Assembly: GCA_000708835.1 (NCBI GenBank)
Contig: DF236980.1
Span: 1-64,000, forward strand
Length of the DNA: 64,000 nt
Reading direction: 5' to 3'
DNA from: Klebsormidium nitens
Lineage: Eukaryota > Plantae > Klebsormidiophyceae
Shown here: positions 48,017 through 59,240 of the stretch, piece by piece
Layout: every line of letters begins with the position of its first letter
How positions within the stretch are numbered: position 1 is the first letter of the stretch
Program-made: the position numbers and the translations under genes
Notes under the pieces: generated by a model
What the model was told of the DNA's origin: nothing
Databases searched by the model: none
The model's input: only the letters and a program-made list of their open reading frames with translations

Positions 48017-48800
48017 CGACAACGAACAAGTTTAGCTCTTTAATAAACTTGCTTCAAATTCTGTGACGACTTTCTTGGACTTCAAAGGTGCTGATGCTCT
48101 GTGCCGACGCAGCGGGGAAGGCGACAATTGTATTAGTGAACGGTTCAACTCTGCCACTGGAGATGGCCGCCACCACTTGCAGACAGACGCTTGCTAGCAC
48201 CCACCGCGATGTCCTTTCGAAAAAATGGGCGCTTGTCCTGTGCTTGTCCAGGTCCTTGCCTGTCCAGTGGCGAGATTCTTTCAGAAATTCATGACATTGA
48301 TCTGCCATCAATTGCAATTTGTCAGATTCTGGCGCGCCAAAATTCTTTAAAATGCTTGATCGAAGAAATACGTACGTGGATTCTCGCTGCATCTGCACCA
48401 CCCGATTTCATGCGGGGCAGAACGAAATCATTCATCGACGGACTGAAAGATCCTTGCATGTCCCTGTCACCTGAGCCTAATCTGTTTGGATCTAGGGTTT
48501 GGTTCCAAATTGCCAGTGCTGCTGCAGATTTTTGCCATTGCAACAATCGAGCAGCTGAATTGAGTAGGGTACCTACCGTAGATCAATGTCTCTCGACAAG
48601 TGAGGAAGAATCACGAGAATGCTTGAGGCAGTGGGCAGCGGGGGCAATACGCCCGTCTTCCTCTGTTTCCAATTGAGAGTCTCGCTTATTGTTCATTGCG
48701 TGCGAGGTACTTGTAATGCTTAAGAGAGGTGAGAGGAACAGGTGTCACCGCCCATTGCTTCACGTCGTTTGAAGGCTCGGTTGGTGCAACTGTGTCCAAG
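48017..48800. promoter_or_regulatory. Probable bidirectional promoter between DDA1-SAP and BSD-RAB3GAP1
   Basis: Divergent ATGs 784 bp apart, with a telobox-like ctagggttt near 48494. No TSS data. Confidence 0.4.
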
Positions 48801-51800
48801 ATGGAGCGAGCTCAATCCACTGGGAAGCTTTCTGCAATGGCTAAGGCAAAGACAGGTAAGCTGTTTCAGTTTTCCATGCTGCAAACGCTGCATTGCATAG
48901 CACCAAAGCTTAGTCTCTAGATTATGGCAATAATTCTCAATAGCAATGCATCCAAGAAACTTTCCAGATTTCAGGCACTTGAATATCATTGCAATTCTGT
49001 ATGGACATATTTTCCATGTCAACCCTGAGACTGTAAATTCTGAAATGCAAGGAGCTAAGCCATCGATCACTGCAATGCAGCGTTTCAAACATTCTCTCAG
49101 CGTGCTGAGAAGCTCCTTAATGAGGTGAAGGCAGAGATAAGAGGACATGAGGGGAACAGCAGCTCGCAACCATCACCAAACGCTTCCAAATGTGAGTCAA
49201 TGATTGATGGTGGTTGTGGTGAGCATGCCAATGTTCATGCAGGCACTGCTTTATCAGATTGAACAGTTTGGTGCGTTGTCAGCTGCTCTGTTTAGAAGTA
49301 TCATGTCGTACTCGCAGTCTCAAAAAAGTCGTTCTGTATGCCTGTACACTATGCTATGCTTGTACCGCAGCCTAGCCAGTGTGAATGTGTCATACTTGTC
49401 GTCTCAAAAGCGTCTGGTCCTAGTCTGGTCCCTTTGCCGCTCCTGCAGCATCACCATTGCAGCCCCTGCCGTGGACTGCAAAAAATATGCACGAAAAGAA
49501 GCACGAGGCAGATTTCAAGCGGGGCATCCTGGAGATTTCGCAGGTCTGTGCCCCTTTCTGCCCAAATCAATCCGCTACCGACTTCCGGAGGGGGCCATCA
49601 ATCCAGCTTTGGTATCTTCAAAGCAGCTAGGGAGTCAGCAAGATTGTTTGAGCAACAGTCTTGTGAAATTGCTCTTTCACATGGTAGGTACGTGAAGTTG
49701 TTTGGTGTTTAGGCCTGCAAAGATTCAGTATGCCCCTACAATCCGGAGGTATCCCCTCATTGTCGGAGGTACACCTCTATGACCGTGGAAGGTGGAACCA
49801 ATCACTTTCTGGTTCCATTGCTCTTACTGTTAACTTTTTGGACTTAACTCGCCCCCTCCGTGCGACAATGCCTTTCTGGTGAAAGTAATACAGTCTATCC
49901 GCAAAGCGACCTTTTGTGGCGAGTCTCATGTGACAACTGACAGGAGCTTTCTTGCCTCGTTGCAGAAACCAGAGGAGTACTTCCTTGGTCCCTATGATGA
50001 GAACCTGATCATTGACATGAGGGCGGCGATGGCATCAGCGGGAGCAGTTCTCGAGGTGGGGCTATGCTCAGGCTCTTGTTGTCGGTTTGGCAGTATCTTG
50101 ACAATACGGGATTCGCTCATGAAGGGGCCCTTTCACTAACTTGTTCAAGCACTTATTTGGGAATAACCAAAAACGAACGCAATTAATCAGGCTCCTCAAT
50201 AGGTCGAAGTAGACTTCCAGCGGTAGGTAACGGTATAGTTGAACGGCCGGGACGAACCGAGACGCTTGTGGTGCAAAGGAAGGGTGATTCTTTGCTTCTG
50301 AAGTGCACTTTCTTCAGTAGACCAAAGAAGTTTGACTTCTGCGCAATAATCATTTCCAACGCAAGAGATTGAAATTCGAGTTTGACGGTGGAGGATGCAT
50401 TCTGGGCGCTATGCTACCAGCCGGTCTCCATAGAGGAAACGATGATGACCTCTGGGGCCTAGTACTCAACCAACTCCATCTCTTTAAATGTTCCGTTATT
50501 TTCAATTCGGATTAACCTCCATCCCATCTTTGGGTGGCTTAAGCGCTTCGAGCCCCACGCTACCAGCTGGTTCCCATCTTATGAAAAGACCGTAATTTTT
50601 CTGATACCAACCAGTTGGTTCGCTCTTTCTCGCCTCGATGCCCACTCTGAAGGTGGATGACGTGCTTCGAATGCTGCGCTACCAGCTCGTCCCAAAGAAA
50701 ATGAGCGAACCGAGGTTTGAAAGCGTCATACAGAGATTTGCAATCTGTTTATTCCAATCCGTTGCTCCAATCCTTTCAACTAATATTCTGGGCCTCGATT
50801 GTTGACTCTGAAGGTGGATGACGCGCTCCGAGCACTGCGCTACCAGCTCGTTCCAAAGAAGATGAGCGACCCTGAGTTCTGGAAGCGGTACACGATCGCC
50901 GTGAAGCGCATCAAGCAGGAGGTTCTGGACGCAGCAGCCAGCGAGGACGTTATCCCGGAAAGCTCGTTGACGGACAGCGTAATCATCAGCCGCCAGGAGT
51001 CGGGTCTCGACGCCCTGCGTGCAGCGGTGAGTCTTGTGTCTGGGAACTTGTTCGCGAGTTCTCAACCCCTCGTGCTAGATACTTTGGAGACTTGCTTGAG
51101 ACTGTGAACCGCCTTGTACTTGTAGACTTGATAGGATTGGAGTTCCGTTGAACGAGCTATTGACGGATAGTGTGATCATCAGCCGCCAGAAGTCGGGTGT
51201 GAAAGCCCTGCGCACAGCAGTATGCTTCCGAAGCATTCCAAAACTCCTGCCAGAATTGTCTATCGCCAGGAGTTCAAGCAGTCCCTAAACCGGAAGTTTA
51301 GCAAAGAGTCTGACTCGTAAGCCAGGATTTGAGACCAGAAGCCTTGCGAGCAGCTCTTGGTTTGCAGACCCTGCTCAGACTCCTTGTTTTGGGCTATTCC
51401 CAAACTCTCTAGATAGGTAAAGCCAGAAGGATAGAACGCCCTTGTCGACAAAGTGTCATTGATCTGGACGAGTCGGGGCTCGGAGACTCATGGCGGAACG
51501 CGCCCCAAGTTCGTGCAAGTCAAGCTCGAGAGCTACTTCACTGAAGGTGCTAAGAATTGAGGTTATTTCGAGGGCCATCTTTCGAGCTGCGGTGAAGATC
51601 GCACGGGGACTCGAAGCAGGACCTTGTCTCCAATCTTTCAAAACTGACATTTAAAAGCACTTAGCTGTACACCTTTTACCCGATTGGCGATTTTCAACCA
51701 ATGCCCTCCTTCAGCGGGGAAATGAAGCGTGTCATGCGATCTCTGTTCCTAGAGGCCTTTAGTATCAAGTCGCCTGGTTTTGAGGGTGAACGATCTTTCA

Positions 51801-54800
51801 CATTTAGGCATTACCTTGCCAATATTCAGGCCAAGCACGAACTGCACGAGACGCCCGTGTTCCTCCCCCTGCCCATTCCGCCATCCACCACTGTGCGACG
51901 GCTGAGCCGGGCTGCCCAGTGAGTTCCCTCAAACCCTTCGACGGACCTCTAAAAACGTGTGGGAGTGCTTGCCGGGGTTTCGCAGGTTGCCCGCAAGACT
52001 CGAAGGAGGTTGTGCAGTTAGTGGGTCCTGATTTTAGCAAAATACCACCTAAACATTTCTGAAAGATATGGATGGCCGACCTGCCCTTGCAATTCACTAG
52101 CAGGATTTGTCTGTCTCCTCTCCCTCGGCAAAGAGAGTGTTCGGCACTTACCTCAGCACGATGTTCCTCTACGTTTCCCCAACATTTCCCCCACTTTCTG
52201 CCCTCACATGACTAAATATATTCTCTCTTTTTGTTGACCTATCAATGTGACTCACCGCGGCCTTCTCTGTTTGCTTGACCGTCCGCGTGCTGAGAAGCAC
52301 AGATTCATCCGCCTCGTAGCAATGGCTACCACTTTTCCCACCTCCCTCACAACGTGTACGACTTTCTCCCTCTTTAGGGGAAGTGGAATACAATGGGGGG
52401 CGCTAGCTCTAACAAAAGGGTACGAAACCTTTCCGTACGATTTCCCCCCGGCTCATGTACGATTCCCCATGCTCTGTCAACAGGGTTACGAACGATTCCT
52501 CCCCTGCAGGTTCTCGAGGGCTTGCTCCAGTATGAACGATCTGTCAGCTTACGAAGGCGACGCCTCGGAGCAGAACGGCGATAGTGGCGACCCGTGGGCC
52601 AGTCTCGTGAGCGGTCTGCCGGGTTTCGCGGCCAAGACGAAGCCCAAGAACAGGCCGAGTAACACGGCCGGCGCGGCAGAGTATCACGCGCTGCTTTGGA
52701 CGCTGTTTGAGGCGGGTAGGTTCATTTGGGGCGTGGGGGCGAATCTGCTGAAGACTCAAATCTTCCATCGTGATGCAAACCACAATCTGGTTTTTAAGGT
52801 TTCGAAAGCGGTGTGCCTCCTCAAGTATTCTTCTGCCCTAGAGGACAGGGGCTGTAATCTTCGATAATGGGGCTTTGAGAAGAGCCGAGCTTTGGCTGCT
52901 GACTCTTATGCGAGGGCAAGAGCTTGATCAGGGTGTGGAGGCTTGAAGCGGTGAATATTGGGAAACGCGTTACGATCGAAACTTGCACGATGAAAGGGCT
53001 TCCAGGAGTCATGGAAGTACAGGCTTAAGCAGAGAGACGTCCAGGCACTGTCTAGGAACGGCCGCATTGAAGGCGACTTGGCAAGTCTTTGGCTAAGTCG
53101 GACTGTCTCCAAGTCTACCCCTTCCTTGGGAGACACTCGTCTCCTCTCCTACCACGTTTCAAGGCCTCACAACGTTGATTGAACCAGCGTCAAGAGTCGC
53201 TCTTTCTGACCTACGCCTTCCTTCTCCCAGACGCCACTGCAGAGGACCTCGCATCCAGCTCAGAAGCAGATGTTCTTGATCGGCCGCACACGTTTGCGGA
53301 GGACGTCGCAGGTTCATTCCTTCACTCGCTTTCCACATTTTCAAGGATTCGTTTTTCCATCTCCACAGACGCCACGGCAGAGGACCTCGCATCCAGCTCC
53401 GAGGCGGGCGTCCTCGATCGGCCTCACGTTTGCGAACGGCACCGCAAGTTTATTCCTTCACTCGCTTTTCACATTTTCAAAGATTCGTTCTTCCCTTTCT
53501 CCTCAAGACGCCACGGCAGAGGACCTTGCATCCAGCTCCGAGGCGGGCGTCCTCGATCGGCCGCACACGTTCTGCGGAGGACATTACAAATTTTTTCCTT
53601 CGGCTCGCTGTCTACTATCTTAACCGTTTGTTCTTCCATCTCCACAGACGCCACGGCAGAGGACCTTGCCTCGAGCTCAGCAGCAGGCGTTCTCGAACGG
53701 CCGCACACGTTTGCAGAAGACATCCAGGGCGCCCCGGCCGACAGCTTTGTGGCGCAGCTCGCGGAAGTGATGGCGGGGATCAAGACGGAGCAGAAGATGG
53801 CCGCCTTCTGGCTGGAGGTTGTGAAGCAGGTGAGGCGCGTTCACCAGGCAATCTGGGGACGAGAAACTGCGTGCACTTGAACCAGGACACCGGAGAGAAT
53901 CAATAGACGAAGCAGGATCAGTCTCGAGGCAGTCCCTGTCTAGTTGAACAGGAGACTCCGGCACAGCTCACAATCGATCACGACCCCGCTCCCTTTTGCG
54001 ATTTAGTGTTCCGCTGACCGAGCTCTATATAGGAACTTGTGCTTCGCAGAGTGCAACGAGCTCTGTTTAGTAAGATCGAGCCGCTTTTGGCGCTTGTTGT
54101 TGCTTCCTCTTTCCCACTCCTCTTCCTTGCTTCGTTCTCTTTCTCAGCTACAGAATCCAAAGCCAGTGACTTTTAGCTGGGCACGCGTTCCACGTGCTCA
54201 TATCTAACTTCGCAGCCGAGCCCATCGCGACTCTGATTGCTGCCGCAACTAACCTTGAGCCTGAAATCACGAATTTGAATGCCCACGTCACAACGTGCTG
54301 ATTGATATGAGTTTGCACTGCATCGCAGTTGCGCAAGCACTGGGCGGAGCGACGGCCCGTCCCTCGCACACCTGTCGACGCGCAACCGGAGCTCTACTTT
54401 TGCAACCTGCAGCAACAGCTCGAGCTGCTCAACTGTTGCATTGCACGGTGGGGCTACGTCCTTTGAAACAAGTTTTCATTTGATTGGATTCTGTAATAGG
54501 CGGCAACCGGAGCTCTCTTGCGATTGGCAGCTATGCTTAATTGCTGCAAAGCCTGGTGACGGAAATTCTCCCGACCAGCGCTGCACAGCCCAGTGGATAT
54601 ATTTTTTCAAGCATGCTGCATAGGTTTATAAAACTCTCCTTCGAGAACATAGCGGATAGATTTCCCTGCATTTGATGCATAGCACCGTGACAGTAAAGGT
54701 CGTGAGAACGGCTGCCTAGCCCGCTGTGGTTACGCCCACGAAAATGGCCGCAACAAGTACGGTTACGGATGCAAGCTCCTCGAGAGCCTCCCCCCGTAAG

Positions 54801-57800
54801 CATGACGTCAACGTGCTAGAAAAATAGAGACACTGCATCCTTAACCCGTGTCACTGAAACGCGCAACTCTCTTGCTAACCGCGGTCAGCCATTTTTGCAG
54901 GGGGAAGCGGCGAGCCGCCGCGGTGGAAGCCGCAAGGCTGGCGGCAACGGCAGCTGCGGCAGAAGCAGCCGCTCTAGTTCCGACAAAGTCCCCCACAGAA
55001 CCCCCAATCGCGTCCAGCAGAGCCCCAGAAGACGAAAGCCCTAGCGCGCCGTCCGACTTAGTCGACCAGTCCGCCCGAGAAGCGGACTCCGAAGCTTCTC
55101 CCGCTCAAGAACCGCGTACCAATTTGGAAGCGCAAATAGGAGAGAGCGAAGGGGAAGAGAGGACGAACGGGAACGCCGAATCATTGCAATACCACGATGG
55201 CGATTCTCGATCTCAAGTCAGCCCCAGCCAAAGTGTAGAGGCGAGTAGTGGGGCAAACGGTGCTAGTGTTGGGGCGCCCCACAATAGCGGAGCCCCAAAA
55301 AGGGCGATCCGGGAAGGGGTTGAGTGCGCAGTTCCAGGGATGCGGCTGCTCGCGACGGGGGAGCAGATGTATGCGCCCGTTACTCAGGAGGGGCCGATTC
55401 TCACCGAGGACCTTATCAAGGAGACGGAGGAGTTGGTGCTCAAGACTGGCAGGTGAGAATGGGCCGACTGCAAAGCAGGGGAAAATAAGAGAATTTTTCA
55501 TGTTCCGACATTTCAGTACCTGCATGAGGTCGAGGGAATGGTTTGAAACTTGCCTTGAACATCTTTTCGGTGATGTTGAAGATTGAGCGCGGAAGGCACG
55601 CTCACGGGTCGAAATTGAGTGATCTTATCCCGATAAGTTGAGCATGACTGGATGCAATCGTTGCGAGTCCTTGTTCACCTTGCTTCTTCGTCCCCTACCT
55701 TGAACATCGATTGTACCTTAATGATTCTTTGAGCATCTTCGTCTGAAAGTCAGTGCGGCTTTCAAAGCAAACTCGTGGCGGTCTTACAGGCCATTGCCCC
55801 CCGCTTATGTCCTCGAGCACTAACGCTTGGTTCCGTTGCTTTGGCTGCGTTTCACTAACTTCGTTTCCGCGCCACACGACACCTTTCTGAATAATATTCA
55901 ACAAAGCTCGCAGGTCGTGCAGATGCTCTATCACTCTCTCTTCCGCCGTGACATCTCCCTTTCCACTGACGCAACACTTTCCCTCTTTGCCAAAGAGGCG
56001 TTTCCCTCTCTGCTGACGTAACACTGCCCTTTGCTGACGTAATCCTCCCTCTTCCTCCTCGCAGCGTGGGCCACGGGTGCAAGCAGCTCCTCTCCGACAT
56101 GCAAGCGTTCAAGGCGGCCAACCCGGGGTGCACTCTCGAGGACTTCGTCCGCTGGTACTCCCCCCCGGACTTCATAACCGGGTCAATGCCGACCCCCCCT
56201 GCAAAAAGCAGGCACGGAGACGAGGGGCCAGAGACACCCCAAAAGGGCGGCACAGAAGGCCCGCGGCCGGAAGAGAACCCTGTGACACCATCTCCTAGTC
56301 GGGGTGAGCCGTCAGGCAGTCGTTTACTTGGCGCAAATGCATTGCTTGGCGCACGGCATGCCGACGCAGTTACATTCGCTTGCCCCGTCCGATCCCGTGC
56401 GCATGCCGCTACACCTCAACTCTCTCATTCCCATATATCGACTGCTCCTGGCAACCCGCCTCCCTCCGCAATTCCCACCTTCCCCAAGCCCCTCGTCTCC
56501 CTAACGCTCCGTTGCGCGATACTTCCAGCACGATAGCCCGCTCGGTTGGACCTTCATTTACTTTCGCAAAGCGTTCCATTCCTTTCTATTCAACTCTTGA
56601 ATCCTCTCGTTCTCTCTAAACACTTTCACCAATGTTTATTTGGTGCGCTCTCTCTTTCTTTGCAGCCCCCGACGCCCCCGAGCCGCGCGCCTCCCCCCTC
56701 ACCCCCTCCCGCCTTGCCTCCCGCAAGTTTTTCCAGAAAGGCGCGCTCAGTGCGCGCATGCAGTCCGAGGGCAACCTGTGGCAGGAGCTTTGGGCGTCCG
56801 CACAACCGATCCCCGCTGTACGGCAGGCGCCGCTCTTCGACGAAGAGCTGGCGGGGTAAGAGCCAACTCTATTGGGATTTACCGAAGTGTCCTTTACAAC
56901 CTTTTAGTTCCGTTGAAGCCGGTTCGCGTTTGATACGGTTTCTGTTTGATTCACTTTGTTTCTGGTTGGGTCGTTACGTTCTCGTTTGGTGAATAATGAC
57001 AAGAACAAAAGTACTCTTCATAAGGACAGTTTTGGAAGCATGTCCAGACGCATGCTGTGGTGACCGTAGTCGTTCCCAACGAAATTGAGGAATACGCACA
57101 GGGTGCTGCTGTCCATTACGGTCTCCGCATACCCGTGAAAGACGAACGGTCCTCAACGTCTGGGGCATACTGAAGGTTTAAATGTTATCTATCTTTGATG
57201 TGACCGAGTCGTTGGTTCGGATGAACGATGGTCTTCTTTGTTCGTTGCTGCCCAATCTGTATCTGCGAACAGAGACCGGAGGTCATGTCGGAGGTCATGT
57301 GTCACTCCGCCGATCTATCAGCGTCCACAACGAGATAATCAAGGAATCGCTCACGTGGCAGTGTCGTTCACCGGAGCTGATGGCCGATTCCGACCACCCC
57401 TTGGTGCCGTGCGAAAAGTGGCGACATTCCGTTCCTGCTACAAATATAAAGAGGTATTGCAACTTATGCTCACCTTGTAGTCCATCAAACCGTCAGGTTT
57501 ACCCACTGATTGTCACTCCGTTCCGCAGGGAGACCGCACTCGACGAACTGGCCAGCATCGCACCGTCCGACCTTTTCGAGCAACTCTTCGTGGTTGCCTT
57601 GGGGGCGGGCTTTGCTGTTGCGCAAGCGTCGCCGCAGGCGGCCCGGGAACCCCTCAGAAGCTGCCTGGAACAGTGCGCCGTGTATGCGGCCGAGACGTGC
57701 GGGCGGCAGATGAGTCCGGCGAAGCTGGAGCGGCTGTGCCAGGTACGGACCGCCCCACTCTAGTTGCATGTTAATCTGGCGAAGCCGAGTGCCGTTGCCC

Positions 57801-58183
57801 TCGCTCAGTGGATCCCATGCGTTTCGTGAAGCAAAAAGGGTTGGCGACGATAAGCAGGCGAACCGAGGTCGCAGATTGAAACGTTTTCCACTTCGCAGGT
57901 GTATGAGACGATGGAGCATGCCGCCCTGTTACCACCCGAGGAGGAGCACCCCGCTTCTGCATCTGCAGAAGCACCTCAGGATAGGGACTCAAAGCAGAGC
58001 AAAAGCGACACGGCTGATGAGGAGAAGAACGACAAAGCAGAGGTTGTTGCGAATGGAACAGCAGCTGGAGACGTAGAAAGCGTGAAGCAGGTGCTTGATG
58101 TAGGCTCGAAGGAGGGCTCTTCGGAAAATGGGACTAATAGGTTGCAAGGACAGAAAACCGAAGAGGACTGGACAATACTGTAG
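48801..58183 (+). CDS. RAB3GAP1: Rab3 GTPase-activating protein catalytic subunit with an N-terminal BSD domain, 14 exons, 879 aa
   Basis: Exons 48801-48855, 49081-49191, 49449-49543, 49966-50055, 50814-51026, 51830-51918, 52510-52715, 53648-53829, 54329-54447, 54901-55452, 56065-56303, 56666-56855, 57529-57742, 57899-58183 (2640 nt, all phases consistent). Motifs IQGAPADSFVAQLAE, QQLELLNCCIAR, APVTQEGPILTEDL, LLSDMQAFKAANPGCTLEDFVRWYSPPD, RMQSEGNLWQELW and QAPLFDEEL. BSD-like LRYQLVPKKMSDPEFWKRY. Confidence 0.88.
50385..50900 (+). repeat. Degenerate copies of the BSD exon 5 acceptor region
   Basis: gtggatgacgcgctccgagcactgcgctaccagctcgttcc at 50814 has a close copy at 50653 (with its ctctgaag acceptor) and decayed copies at about 50534 and 50388. 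Confidence 0.75.
53205..53730 (+). repeat. Four-unit tandem array (138-140 bp period) of the RAB3GAP1 exon 8 acceptor region
   Basis: ag|acgccac.gcagaggacct.gc.tc.agctc...cggcc.cacacgtt recurs with exon-start positions 53231, 53369, 53508 and 53648 (true exon). Confidence 0.92.
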
Positions 58184-59240
58184 AAATTGACTTGGACTAA
58201 ACTCGTGACTGTATTATACAGGTCTGTTGATGGAGTGTATGTACTATAAAATCACTTGCTCTTCTCACGAGCAGGTCCTGGCCATCGGTACCGGGTTATT
58301 TAACGGCATGCTTGAAAGAGAATGTGCTTGGCGGCCTGCAGTCGTAGGACTGTTTCAGTTTGATCGGGCGATCTGACATATGTTTATGAACTTGAGACTG
58401 ACATTGTGGTATCAATGGACTGGCAACGGACGTAGGTTAGCATGCAGCGGGGCTTGCCATGTTTTGACAGATACCGTATGTTTTACGACATGTATGCCGC
58501 CCACCCGCGTGTCTATATATATGTGCCAAAGTATTATATTTCGTGGGAAAATGCCACGTTGATCCTTTATCACACGCGTCCGGGGCTTAAACTCGGATAT
58601 AATGGTATTGCAATCGCGGATTAGATTATAAACATGCCAGGTGCGTTACCGTCTAACTTCGTTTAAGCACGTGCGTAAGTTTCTGCTATGTATATATACC
58701 CGCGGCCACAATTTTCAACACTGGCCCGCGATCTTGCACCGAGTCACTAGCAGATTGACGGTATGTGGTGCCGCACGTACGAAAGAGAGACATGGTTGAG
58801 GCTAGCTCACGCGGCGGCAGCCGACGCGCACATGGTTGGTTTTCTCGAACAGATGCTTTCGTAATCTGCTTACTGAACGCTGGCCTGACAAGGTGCTTGT
58901 TTGCGGGGTAAAACGGGCCATCACCATCATTGTGGCGGGCAGCGTTTCGATCGTTACATGACAGTTAAAAGGTTCGGCTCTGGATTAGATGCTAGCCAGG
59001 AGCACAGACGCGGCTGCGCCCAACGAGACAGTCGTCTAAGCGAACTCGATTTACTCAAATTTCTATGAAATAACTGAATTTCTGCCTCAGCATGCCAACG
59101 ATTCAGCTCGCTGGTGACAAAGCTGATTTTTGTTGCGCGAGGTGCTAGATTATACGACTTCTGGCTGCTTAACCAGTAAACAGTTTAAGATCTTACCTTC
59201 GGTTCATTGCTTGATTTTGCATACATCGCTTGCTAACGAC

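Noticed and set aside
53205-53730. Regularly spaced repeats here and at 25690-26295 and 28255-28830 as CRISPR-like arrays
   Set aside because: Whole ~125-140 bp units are homologous to each other and to an exon boundary, with no unique spacers and no cas genes, in a eukaryotic context.
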